From Longimicrobiales bacterium (GTDB taxonomy: Bacteria; Gemmatimonadota; Gemmatimonadetes; Longimicrobiales; Gaopeijiaceae): a stretch of 64,000 nucleotides of DNA. Shown piece after piece: positions 1 to 8,964 of the stretch (the stretch's first letter is position 1; each line of letters begins with the position of its first letter). The DNA lies in NCBI GenBank assembly GCA_965249725.1, contig CBDFMQ010000002.1, positions 2,624,001 through 2,688,000 of the forward strand, in the 5' to 3' direction. A program made the translations under genes and the position numbers. Under the pieces are notes generated by a model. It did no database searches, had not been told where the DNA came from, and saw nothing but the letters and a program-made list of their open reading frames with translations.

Positions 1-184
1 GGAGCTCCGATCGCGCGACGGAGATCTGGACATCTCACTCGCCAGCGCCGGCATGGACCTACGCGCGGTGCCTGGAGAGGGACCGCTCCTTCCTGTGGAA
101 GGGCTGTATCAGGTCTCCGGAACCGTAGTCTTGGGTGGGGATTCCTTGGACGTGCGCGGGCTCGTGCGCCACGTGCAGAGGTGA
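1..184 (+). CDS. 3' end of hypothetical protein (partial)
   Basis: Frame open from window edge (ELRSRDGDLD...VRHVQR*) ending TGA 4 nt before the next start. Confidence 0.5.
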   Translation, partial: ELRSRDGDLDISLASAGMDLRAVPGEGPLLPVEGLYQVSGTVVLGGDSLDVRGLVRHVQR

Positions 185-188
185 CGGC

Positions 189-1757
189 GTGCCCGAAGAA
201 CTGATACGCGCTCTCGTCGCCATCGGCTTCGGGTCCCTCGCGGGAGGGCTCACGAACACGGTGGCGATCTGGATGCTCTTCCATCCGTATGAGCCCCCGC
301 GTATAGGGAAGCGGGGCATCAAGATGCTCCAGGGGGCCATTCCCAAGAACCAGGCTCGGTTGGCGGCCGCCGTAGGGCGCACCGTGGGGACGCGGCTGCT
401 CACCGAGGAGGATCTGGGAGAGATCTTCTGCGACGAGGATTTCCGGACGGCTTTCGACGGTCATCTGTCGGGCTTTCTGGATGCTCTTCTCCACCGTGAG
501 CGGGGCTCGGTTCGAGACCTCTTCCCCGAGGCCATGCATGAGCAGGTGGAAGGGATAGTGGACGATGTGGCCGTGTTCGGCCTCGAGCGCCTGGACGAGT
601 ACCTGCTGTCGGATCGCTTCGCCGAAACGGTAACGGCACGAGCCGGAGACATCGTCCACTCGATCGCCGACGAGCCGGTGGCGGGCATCCTGACGCCGGC
701 TCGAGAAGGAGCCATCTCGGAGGCCGTCGACGACTGGATAACCGGAGCGGTCGAGAGCGAGGACTTCAGCCAGGCCATCGACGACTACCTCGATCGGGCG
801 GCCCGGAGACTCCTCGAGCCCGATCGCACCTTCGAAGAGGTTCTCCCACTCGGACTGGTCGGAGCGGTCGAGAAGGGGATCGCCGCGTACCTTCCGCTCG
901 CAATCCAACGACTGGGATCACTGCTGGAGGATGAGGAAGCGCGTGCCAAGTTCGAAACGTTTGTGCACGACCTTCTCCATCGCTTCCTCGGTGATCTCAA
1001 GTTCCATCAGAGGGTGGTCGCCAAGCTCATCATCACCGAGTCCACCGTCGACATGGTCCTGGACACCATCGAGGCCGACGGAGCCGAGCGCCTCACCGAG
1101 ATGCTCCAGGAAGAGGCCATGCAGGACGCGATGGCGCGCGGGATCAACGACGCGATCGTCGATTTCCTGAGACGACCCGTGACATCGGTACTGGGAGATC
1201 CGGACGATCCCAGCGTCCTGGACGCCAGGGAGACCGTCGTTGGATGGTTCGTAGGCCTGGCACAGGACCCGACGTCACGCAGCTTCGTGGTCGAGAAGCT
1301 TGAGGTGGCCCTAGACAAGATGGGCGCGCGTACCTGGGGCGAGGTCTTCGAGAAGCTGCCTCCCGATCGCGTGGCCGAATGGCTGGTGGCAGGGGCTCGG
1401 AGCGAAGCCGCTACGACGCTCTATCGCGAGGCCGCCGGCCGGCTCTCGAAGAAGATCTTGGAACGCCCCATCGGCACGCCGTCCGACTGGCTACCCGACG
1501 GTGCTGCCCGAACCGCCGAAGAGACCCTGGGTGACCCGATCTGGGAATGGCTGCAAACCCAGGTGCCCGACGTGGTACAGCAGATCGACGTGGCGGGGCG
1601 TGTGGAGGAGAAAGTCCTGGCCTTCCCTCCCTCGAGGATGGAAGAGCTCGTGAAGAAGGTCACGCACAAAGAGCTCAAGATCATCGTGCGGTTGGGCTAT
1701 CTGCTCGGGGGGATCATCGGGATCGCGTTGGTGATCATCGACAGCATCTGGGGATGA
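189..1757 (+). CDS. DUF445 family membrane protein
   Basis: N-terminal TM with GGLTNTVAIWMLFHP..GAIPK, C-terminal ELKIIVRLGYLLGGIIG; GTG start at 189. Confidence 0.85.
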   Translation: MPEELIRALVAIGFGSLAGGLTNTVAIWMLFHPYEPPRIGKRGIKMLQGAIPKNQARLAAAVGRTVGTRLLTEEDLGEIFCDEDFRTAFDGHLSGFLDALLHRERGSVRDLFPEAMHEQVEGIVDDVAVFGLERLDEYLLSDRFAETVTARAGDIVHSIADEPVAGILTPAREGAISEAVDDWITGAVESEDFSQAIDDYLDRAARRLLEPDRTFEEVLPLGLVGAVEKGIAAYLPLAIQRLGSLLEDEEARAKFETFVHDLLHRFLGDLKFHQRVVAKLIITESTVDMVLDTIEADGAERLTEMLQEEAMQDAMARGINDAIVDFLRRPVTSVLGDPDDPSVLDARETVVGWFVGLAQDPTSRSFVVEKLEVALDKMGARTWGEVFEKLPPDRVAEWLVAGARSEAATTLYREAAGRLSKKILERPIGTPSDWLPDGAARTAEETLGDPIWEWLQTQVPDVVQQIDVAGRVEEKVLAFPPSRMEELVKKVTHKELKIIVRLGYLLGGIIGIALVIIDSIWG

Positions 1758-1819
1758 CGCTGACCTGGCTGGCCTATAGTCGGGTGGAGACCCGGTGGAG
1801 AGCCGTTGGTGTGTGGCCT

Positions 1820-2077
1820 CTAGTCCTTGGAGCGCTCTTCCGGCTGATCCCGAGCCACGGCCGTCTTGAAGTGCTGGCGTCCACGCCGCCGCTCGGAACC
1901 TCTCGGGTTGGCCTTCAGGTAGTTGAGCCACATGAAGTGCCGCTTGGCCTTACGGGGTTGTCCCTTGCCTAGACGCGCGGCGACTTCGTCCTGTGACTGG
2001 TTGAAGTTTCCCGCCCCCAGGTAGACACCGAAAGCGAGAGCGAGCACGCCACCCAGGATCTTGAGGAAGAGGACCAC
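1820..2077 (-). CDS. Small membrane-anchored basic hypothetical protein
   Basis: 85 aa, N-terminal TM helix, GGAG upstream of GTG. Confidence 0.6.
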   Translation of the reverse strand: MVLFLKILGGVLALAFGVYLGAGNFNQSQDEVAARLGKGQPRKAKRHFMWLNYLKANPRGSERRRGRQHFKTAVARDQPEERSKD

Positions 2078-2110
2078 GCCTGGCTCCGGTTCGGATGGTC
2101 GGGACCGGCC

Positions 2111-2257
2111 TCAGGCCCGTCCCACCGACTCCAGGAAAAGGAGGGCCAGGCCCGTCGCCAGAATGATGGCAACCGCGTTGGTACCCACCGCCACCAAGCC
2201 GACCACACCCCAGAACACTATGTGGATGAAGTTGTAGCCACCTGGAAGAAGATTCAT
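2111..2257 (-). CDS. 48-aa hydrophobic small protein (not in ORF track)
   Basis: MNLLPGGYNFIHIVFWGVVGLVAVGTNAVAIILATGLALLFLESVGRA*; fills gap between same-strand genes. Confidence 0.45.
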   Translation of the reverse strand: MNLLPGGYNFIHIVFWGVVGLVAVGTNAVAIILATGLALLFLESVGRA

Positions 2258-2338
2258 CGCTCTGCGTGTTGAGGTGTCAATCGTCCCGAAGACGCCCGGA
2301 ATATGTGGAAGGCGTCATCGGTCTTCAATGGTCGGCCG

Positions 2339-2839
2339 TCAGTCCGGCTTGTGGAGGTGGGGATGGTCCTCGTGATCGGCCGAGTCCCGTCCAACCTCCA
2401 CACGCTTCTTAACGTCTGCCAGGTAGCCCGGAGACACGTCGAGAAGATTGCAGACCTTTCTCAAAAGGGCCTCTTCGTGGTTCGACAGATCTCCGTCCGC
2501 GTAGACGAGCCCCCACATCACCTCCATCAAGACCATTTTCTGTCCCAGCGAGTAGCTGGCCTTGATGAGCTTCGTGAATTGATAGAGATCGACCGCCTCT
2601 CGCCGAGCCGCTTCGGCCAAGCTGATCAGCTCTGCCGCATGCTCTTCCTCGAGACCGTACTGGCGCCGGACCGCGGAGGTCAGGTGACGACGCTCGTCGT
2701 CCGAGAACTCGTCATCTGCATAGGCTAATTCGATGAGGAGGGCGCAGGCGGCAAGACGTACGTCTTCGTCGCCTAACTCCTCTTCCCCGGCCGTCGGGGC
2801 CATGGAGGCACTGAAAAACGACTTGATGGCATCGAGCAT
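2339..2839 (-). CDS. TerB family protein
   Basis: LAACALLIELAYADDEFSDDE..LVYADGDLSNHE; AGGAG RBS before ATG 2839. Confidence 0.85.
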   Translation of the reverse strand: MLDAIKSFFSASMAPTAGEEELGDEDVRLAACALLIELAYADDEFSDDERRHLTSAVRRQYGLEEEHAAELISLAEAARREAVDLYQFTKLIKASYSLGQKMVLMEVMWGLVYADGDLSNHEEALLRKVCNLLDVSPGYLADVKKRVEVGRDSADHEDHPHLHKPD

Positions 2840-2993
2840 CGACCACTCCTTGACCCGACCGCTGACGCGGCGGTCAAAGTTCCGATCCGAGTGAGAGGAG
2901 ATGCTAACGCGGCGTCCGGGTCTATGCCAGATCTCACGCGGGAGCCCTGGCAACCGCTGCCCAGATGACCCGAGGGACCCCGTCGACGGGCCC

Positions 2994-4694
2994 CTAGAGC
3001 TCCAGCTGTCGCACCTTCTGCACCCCCGTTCGCAGCGGAAGAACGATGCAGACCACCGTCAGGGCGAGTGCCCCCGCAGCGCCCAGCACCAGGGGTAGGA
3101 TGCCCACCGATGCGCCTGGCGCCTCCAAGGGGGCCTGCAGGAAACGGTATACAGGCCAAGCCAGAAGTATGACGACACCGCCCAAGTAGCTGACGGCCGC
3201 CATCATGAAGACCAGTCCTCCGAAAGAGGTCGGAATCTCCGCCATGTTGTCGGTATCGTAGTTCGGGTAGATAGCCCCGAAGCCGAGGGCCAGGGCCGTC
3301 ATGGCCAGCGTGATGCTGATCATGGCCACCGTCGTGAGCACGAGAATGAGGGTGGTCGCCTCGAGAATGATGTTCGTGAGGACGATGAGAGGCAGAGCGA
3401 CGGCCAAGAGCGGGACGGTGCCCACCCAGTACTTCGTCAGGAATAGGGTACGCACGTCCAGAGGGGACGACCTCAAGAGCCAGGTCATCCTTCCTTCCAG
3501 CGACATTCCGGGGAAAACGAATCGGGCCGCGATGGCCGCGACCACGAAACCGGCGAGCCCGAGGTTCAGAAAGGAGACGGCATTGATCAGGAAGAAGGAG
3601 ACCTGCTCGCCGGTATAGAGGGGGAGCACCTTGATGTTGTAGACGTAGACCACGACGAGGACCGCCAAGAGGATCAGCTGAGACCACTGGGTCGTGTCCC
3701 GAAAGAAGACCCGGATCTCCTTGGCCACGAGTTGACGCGTGGCTGGAGCGGTCCAAGCCAATCGCTTTTCCAGACTGGTCGTCCTGATCCGGCCCTCTCG
3801 CCGCTCGGAGCCTTCCTGGGCTCGAGTGAACCCGGAACGGAAGAACCGGTGGTGCAGCCAGGCACCCCCCACGAAGGCGGCCGCCGCGGTGCTCCACAGA
3901 AGCCCGAACGGAAAAGGATCGACGGCTCCGTTTAGGTGGGACATGAGAGTGCCAGCCGCCCACTCATTCGGGAACCAGGGAGAGGTCGGGGTCCTCAACA
4001 CCGCCATGAAGTCCACCAGATCGCGGAATTCCTCGGGCCGCACCAAGCGCTCCGGCCGGAGAAAGCGAAAGAGGACGACCACGCCCGCCGCCGAGAACAG
4101 TCCTATGAGCGCCAGGAGATCTCGTGTGCGCCGGGCAGGAAACACGTTTACGAGGATGAGTGTGAAGGCGGTTCCGACGACGGCGGGCAGCACGAGGTAG
4201 GGGATCAGGGTGGCGACGGCGAGACCGTAGAACGACCACCCGGCACCGTACACCACTCCGTACGCTGCCAGGAGCGGAATGGCCAGGAGCGCCACCATCC
4301 ACGAGGAGTCCACGATGGTCTCGACGAGCCGTGCTCCGTACAGCTTCACGGAGTCCACGGGCGACGCCACCAACAGCTCCATGTCCTTCGAGAGGAAGTA
4401 CGTGGAGAGCGCGGTGATGACGTTGGAGAGGAGCAGAATCATCAAGAACGTCAGGAGCGCCAAGCCCAGGAGCTTTCCGGCCAGCAGGTCGCCAATGCCC
4501 TGCGTTCCCCGGAAGTAGAGCAGCATCCTGAAGATGATCCCGAAAATGAACGACCAGAAGAAGATGCCCACGAAGCCCAGTACGCCCCACTTGAACAGGC
4601 GTCCCTCTTCCTTCTTGTTGCGATTGAGCTTCGAACGGACCTTCGGCCGGAGCAGCCACAGGATTCCGGCACCGCGAAACGTGGTGCCGTTCAC
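2994..4694 (-). CDS. ABC exporter permease (multi-TM)
   Basis: Many TM helices, KEIRVFFRD and SLEGRMTWLLRSSP motifs, overlaps ABC ATPase gene. Confidence 0.85.
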   Translation of the reverse strand: MNGTTFRGAGILWLLRPKVRSKLNRNKKEEGRLFKWGVLGFVGIFFWSFIFGIIFRMLLYFRGTQGIGDLLAGKLLGLALLTFLMILLLSNVITALSTYFLSKDMELLVASPVDSVKLYGARLVETIVDSSWMVALLAIPLLAAYGVVYGAGWSFYGLAVATLIPYLVLPAVVGTAFTLILVNVFPARRTRDLLALIGLFSAAGVVVLFRFLRPERLVRPEEFRDLVDFMAVLRTPTSPWFPNEWAAGTLMSHLNGAVDPFPFGLLWSTAAAAFVGGAWLHHRFFRSGFTRAQEGSERREGRIRTTSLEKRLAWTAPATRQLVAKEIRVFFRDTTQWSQLILLAVLVVVYVYNIKVLPLYTGEQVSFFLINAVSFLNLGLAGFVVAAIAARFVFPGMSLEGRMTWLLRSSPLDVRTLFLTKYWVGTVPLLAVALPLIVLTNIILEATTLILVLTTVAMISITLAMTALALGFGAIYPNYDTDNMAEIPTSFGGLVFMMAAVSYLGGVVILLAWPVYRFLQAPLEAPGASVGILPLVLGAAGALALTVVCIVLPLRTGVQKVRQLEL

Positions 4695-5539
4695 TGCGTC
4701 TCCTGAAGGCCGGCCACCACCTCGGCCATGTCCTCGTTGCCCGTCATCTTGAGGAAGATCTCCTCGAGATGGGCCTCGCCGGAGTCGACCTGCAATCGCA
4801 GGTCGTCCATCGTGCCCTTGGCGATGATGTCTCCGTTCCGGATGATGGCGATGCGGTCACACACGGCCTCGACGACCTCGAGGGTATGGCTGGACAGGAA
4901 GACGGTGCCGCCCCGGTTCGCGAACGCCCTGAACAGGTCCTTGAGGATCCGGGCCGATCGAGGATCGAGCCCCACCATGGGCTCATCCACCACGATGAGC
5001 TCGGGTTGATGGATCAGCGCCGAGGTGATGAGCAGCTTCTGGCGCATCCCGTGGGAGTAGCTCTCGATGAGCTCGTCCTTCCAATAGGTGAGGCTGAAGA
5101 CCTCGAGCAGTCCGTCCGCACGCGCCTCGGACGAGTGCTCGTCCTTGCCCCAGAGGCCCGCAACAAAGCGCAGAAACTCCCCTCCGGAGAGCTTCTCATA
5201 GAGATAGGGTCGGTCGGGGATGTACCCGATGCGGGACTTGGCCTGCATCGGGTGGGCCCCGAGGTCGTTCCCGCCGATGACGATCTTACCGGCGGTAGGT
5301 TCGAGCACGCCCGCGACCATTCGAATCGTCGTGGTCTTCCCTGCGCCGTTGGGACCGAGAAACCCGAAGATCTCCCCCCTGGGTACCGTGAGATCGATGC
5401 CGTTTACGGCCGTGAAGCCACCATAGCGCTTCACGATGCCCTCCAGTTGGAGCATCTCCGGCGTCGCGTCTTCACCGGTCCCTACTCCGTCCATGAGTTC
5501 GGCAAGACGGGCCTCGAGGCCGGAGCTCGTACGGTGCAT
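4691..5539 (-). CDS. ABC transporter ATP-binding protein
   Basis: Walker A GPNGAGKTT, signature YSHGM, Walker B IVVDEP; ATG overlaps upstream stop. Confidence 0.95.
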   Translation of the reverse strand: MHRTSSGLEARLAELMDGVGTGEDATPEMLQLEGIVKRYGGFTAVNGIDLTVPRGEIFGFLGPNGAGKTTTIRMVAGVLEPTAGKIVIGGNDLGAHPMQAKSRIGYIPDRPYLYEKLSGGEFLRFVAGLWGKDEHSSEARADGLLEVFSLTYWKDELIESYSHGMRQKLLITSALIHQPELIVVDEPMVGLDPRSARILKDLFRAFANRGGTVFLSSHTLEVVEAVCDRIAIIRNGDIIAKGTMDDLRLQVDSGEAHLEEIFLKMTGNEDMAEVVAGLQETQ

Positions 5540-7065
5540 CAAATGACCTCGATGTTGAGGCGGCCGATGAGTCGGATGATCTCGACCTGCTGCGCGAGTC
5601 CCCCGATCACGAACCGGATGTGAGAGGCGTCGGCCGGGTATTGACCGAAGGTCGGGTCCACCGCGACCCACTCCCCAAGCCACACTTCGGGCCAAGCATG
5701 ATAGAAAAACGAGTCGTTCAGGTAGACGAGCCCGACGGCCGTGCGGGCCGGCAGGCCCAGAGCCCGGGCCATGGCCACATAGAGCACCGTGTGCTCGTTA
5801 CAGTCACCCTGCCTCGACTCGAGTACCTGTAGGGCGCTGGGGACGGAGAAGGTCACGCTCTTGGAGAGCATGCGATCCACGCGAGTGGTGAGCCGTTGGG
5901 CCGCCGCTTTCGGATCCCGCAGCCATCGCCCCACGGCCTGGCGGGCTTCGCGCTGGATTCGAGGATCGTCGCTCTGGATCAGCGGCTCCGCCTCGAGCTC
6001 ACTACGCATGTCCATCAGCTTGTACGGGAGCGAGAAGTCGGGCTCGATGGCCGCCCAGTTCTCGCGACGCACGATGAGCGTGTCGCCTCTCAGCGTCTGC
6101 CGTCCCCCGTCCAGCTGGAACCCCTCGAGCTCCACACCCGTGAGGCGGAACCGGAGCACGTCATGCTCCTCCACGACCCCCAGGTCGGCGTTGCTCTGGA
6201 TGGCGGTCGACAGGATCACGTCCTCGTCGACGACCAACGTGGCGAGGCCCTCGGCCTCTTCCTGAGCCTGCCTGGCCAGCTCGTACTCCGTCTTCTCCAT
6301 CGTGAAGCCGAGGGCGCTCGAAGCGCTGATGACGCGGCCGTCGTGGTCTACCCAACTCTCGACCTGCACGCCGCCGTGCACCTCGGCAATCTTCCAAGCG
6401 GGAATGGAGTCGAACCGGGCCGGCTCCCAGCGGTTGGTGCTCGGGTTCAGATAGGCACTGTCCGGCACCATGATCGTGTCGTGCTCGAGGACCCGGACCT
6501 CGACCGCCCTGGTGGCCAGCGTGGAGGGGTCGAAGACCGGAAGACGCAGCGTGTTGCCGACCACCAACTCGCCGGCCATGGCGACACGAATGGGCAAGGC
6601 GGCCGAGAAGATGGGCGGCTCCGCCATTCGGTACGAGACTTCCTGTGCGGACCCGCCGGCCTCGATAGTGACGTTCAAGGTCGAGTCCGCACCCAGTGTA
6701 CCATCGGCCCGGAATGTCCCGACCTCGGAGTCCAGGGAGAACGAGAAGGACTCCATGACCAGGGCCGGGCTGAGGCGAACCAGGGTCCGCGCGACCGCCG
6801 AGCCCGTCTGCCCCAGCGCCGGAAGGTCCAGGATCATGACGTCCTCGAGCTCGAACCCTTCGGGAATCGTGTCGAGGCGCGATGTGGCCTGGCCCACCGC
6901 GCGCTCACCCATGCGCAGCGTGTAGAAGCTCACGCCCGGAGCCAGCGACAACGCCGCCTCGGTCAGTCGAGTCAGCTCCGGCTGGAAGTACTCCCGCCTG
7001 ACCTGCCATCCCACCATAGCGAGCCAGATCGCGACGATCGTCAGGGCCAACGCCTTCCGCCTCAT
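5539..7065 (-). CDS. Membrane-anchored transglutaminase-like domain protein
   Basis: GDCNEH, HAWPEV, WVAVDPT catalytic triad motifs; N-terminal TM/signal. Confidence 0.9.
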   Translation of the reverse strand: MRRKALALTIVAIWLAMVGWQVRREYFQPELTRLTEAALSLAPGVSFYTLRMGERAVGQATSRLDTIPEGFELEDVMILDLPALGQTGSAVARTLVRLSPALVMESFSFSLDSEVGTFRADGTLGADSTLNVTIEAGGSAQEVSYRMAEPPIFSAALPIRVAMAGELVVGNTLRLPVFDPSTLATRAVEVRVLEHDTIMVPDSAYLNPSTNRWEPARFDSIPAWKIAEVHGGVQVESWVDHDGRVISASSALGFTMEKTEYELARQAQEEAEGLATLVVDEDVILSTAIQSNADLGVVEEHDVLRFRLTGVELEGFQLDGGRQTLRGDTLIVRRENWAAIEPDFSLPYKLMDMRSELEAEPLIQSDDPRIQREARQAVGRWLRDPKAAAQRLTTRVDRMLSKSVTFSVPSALQVLESRQGDCNEHTVLYVAMARALGLPARTAVGLVYLNDSFFYHAWPEVWLGEWVAVDPTFGQYPADASHIRFVIGGLAQQVEIIRLIGRLNIEVI

Positions 7066-7068
7066 GGG

Positions 7069-7659
7069 CTACGCTCCGTCACCATTCGAAATCCCCTCGT
7101 CACCGGCACTACCGACCTCGCTCGAGGCTCCGTTACCGGCCGGTTCAATCTCCGGATCGCCTCGCTCCCTGAGTTTGGCGGTGAACGTGTCGAGCTCGTA
7201 CGACGTGGTCACCATGACGATCACCTGCTTCGGGAAGTCCTCGCGCTCGAGGTGCTCTCGCAGCACCGGCACCATGACGTCGGCGGCGGCCTCGGCATCC
7301 AGATTGCCTGCTCCCGTCCCTAGAGGCGGGAGTGCCAGGGTCTCGACGCCGAGACGACACGCATGCCTCAACCCGTTCACGAGCGCCTTTCGTACACCCG
7401 ATCGGGTTACGGGCTCCTCGCCGGACTGAACGACCACGTGGACCATGAAATCAGCGTGCAGCCCGCCGCCCGGAGTGATCACGGCACCTCCGACCGGGAG
7501 CTCACCCATCCGCTCGACTCGCTCCTCGAGGTCTGCACCAGCAGCCGCGCCCACCGCCCGACCCAGGCTCGTCACCGGTTCCAGGTTCGAGCTGACGGCC
7601 CGAACCACGCAATCGACTTCAGCCACCACCAGATCGGCGTTCCTGACCTCGATCATCAA
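7069..7659 (-). CDS. Macro domain protein (atypical)
   Basis: GGAVITPGGGL, VHVV, LALPPLGTGAG macrodomain motifs. Confidence 0.85.
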   Translation of the reverse strand: MMIEVRNADLVVAEVDCVVRAVSSNLEPVTSLGRAVGAAAGADLEERVERMGELPVGGAVITPGGGLHADFMVHVVVQSGEEPVTRSGVRKALVNGLRHACRLGVETLALPPLGTGAGNLDAEAAADVMVPVLREHLEREDFPKQVIVMVTTSYELDTFTAKLRERGDPEIEPAGNGASSEVGSAGDEGISNGDGA

Positions 7660-8627
7660 ACGTTCAGCTCTCTGGCACGTCGGTGCATCTCGGCCGCTCT
7701 CTCGGGCTCGTGCATTCTGTCGAAGAGCATTCCCAGGGTGTGGTAGGCACGCCAGTTGTGTGGCTCGAGCTCGATGACCCGCTCCATCACGGGGACCGCC
7801 TCATCCACACGACCCAGCCTGTTGAGAGCCTCGCCCCGGTAGAAGTGGGCCGCGCTGTGATCGGGATCGCGCCTACATACACCGCGAAGGCCCGCCTCGG
7901 CGTCGGCGTAGAGCCCTTTACGAAACGCCAAGAGCCCTTCTTTGACGCGCACCTCGACACTCGCCGGCTCGAGGCTGAGCGCCACCTGCAGCTCGGCATC
8001 GGCATCCTCGAATCGACCCACGGCTCCGTAGGCCGCGCCGAGGCTCGCGCGCACTCGGGCGTTGTTCGGGTCCAGCTCGCTGGCCGCGAGGAAGCGTTCG
8101 ATGGCCAGCTCGGGACGTCCCAAGTCATCGTACAGGGTGCCGAGACCGAACTGAGCCTCGGAGTGGAACGGAGTCTCGGTCAGAATCTGGATATAGAGCC
8201 GGACGGCGTCCTGCAGACGGCCTTCGGCGGCGGTGCGAACGGCCGTCGCCAAGCGCTCGTCCTCTACCGGAAGATCCTCTGCTGGGAGCTCGTCCGCGGG
8301 GAGTTCGTCCGCCGGGAGCTCGTCCGCCGGGAGCTCGTCCGCCGCGAGATCGTCGAGACCGACCCCGTGATCGTGATCAGTGGACTCGACCTCCGGGGAC
8401 TCCTCGGACTCCTGATCGACTGCTTCATCGACGACTTCGGCCAGGTCGCTCACGAACACCACGGGGATCACCTCGTTCCCCCCATCGACGTCCCCATCGA
8501 CGTCCCCGGCGACGTCCCCGTCCTTGTCGATCTCTTCGAGGAGGTCTCCCTGGACCGGCGGCTCGTCGGATTCCTCCGCGGCCTTCGCCCTTCTCCTTCG
8601 GCTCGGCTTACGGTTCTTTCTTGCCAT
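7656..8627 (-). CDS. TPR protein with acidic low-complexity N-terminus
   Basis: Multiple TPR motifs in C-terminal half; ATG 8627 within 3' end of cutA. Confidence 0.85.
   Translation of the reverse strand: MARKNRKPSRRRRAKAAEESDEPPVQGDLLEEIDKDGDVAGDVDGDVDGGNEVIPVVFVSDLAEVVDEAVDQESEESPEVESTDHDHGVGLDDLAADELPADELPADELPADELPAEDLPVEDERLATAVRTAAEGRLQDAVRLYIQILTETPFHSEAQFGLGTLYDDLGRPELAIERFLAASELDPNNARVRASLGAAYGAVGRFEDADAELQVALSLEPASVEVRVKEGLLAFRKGLYADAEAGLRGVCRRDPDHSAAHFYRGEALNRLGRVDEAVPVMERVIELEPHNWRAYHTLGMLFDRMHEPERAAEMHRRARELNV
8281..8340. repeat. 15-bp coding tandem repeat x4 (DELPA)
   Basis: gccgggagctcgtcc-like units; a second 12-bp x3 repeat (DVDG) at 8481-8516. Confidence 0.9.
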
Positions 8628-8964
8628 CGGAAGACTCCGCCCGTGTGTACTCACGCACCCAATCGAGGTAGGGCTCATGCCCACCCTCGACCACCAACGT
8701 CAGCACTTCGGGAACGTCGTACGCATGCAACTCCGCGACCCTCTCGGCGAGTTTCGCCGCTCGGCTCGCACTCGTTTTCAAGGTAAGCAGAACTTCGGTC
8801 TCCTCCCGCATACTCCCCTCCCACTCGAACACGGAGGTGACCTCAGGTAGCACGTTGCCGCAGGCGGCAAGTCCCTCTTCCACGACCTGCCGGACCAGGG
8901 CGAGACCGCTGGGTCGGTCGCCGGCAGTGACGAACACGACCCTGACGTCCGACGGATGCGTCAC
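8608..8964 (-). CDS. cutA: Divalent-cation tolerance protein CutA
   Basis: LAACGN, SVFEWEG, HAYDVPEV, YLDWV motifs. Confidence 0.92.
   Translation of the reverse strand: MTHPSDVRVVFVTAGDRPSGLALVRQVVEEGLAACGNVLPEVTSVFEWEGSMREETEVLLTLKTSASRAAKLAERVAELHAYDVPEVLTLVVEGGHEPYLDWVREYTRAESSDGKKEP

Noticed and set aside
1820..2257. TGA readthrough fusing the 48-aa and 85-aa ORFs
   Set aside because: The downstream ORF has its own GGAG+GTG start, and there is no SECIS or Cys-like context
5896..7323. Long antisense ORFs (also 9183..10352, 18809..20305, 30583..31857)
   Set aside because: Shadows of real genes caused by high-GC codon bias; no recognisable motifs
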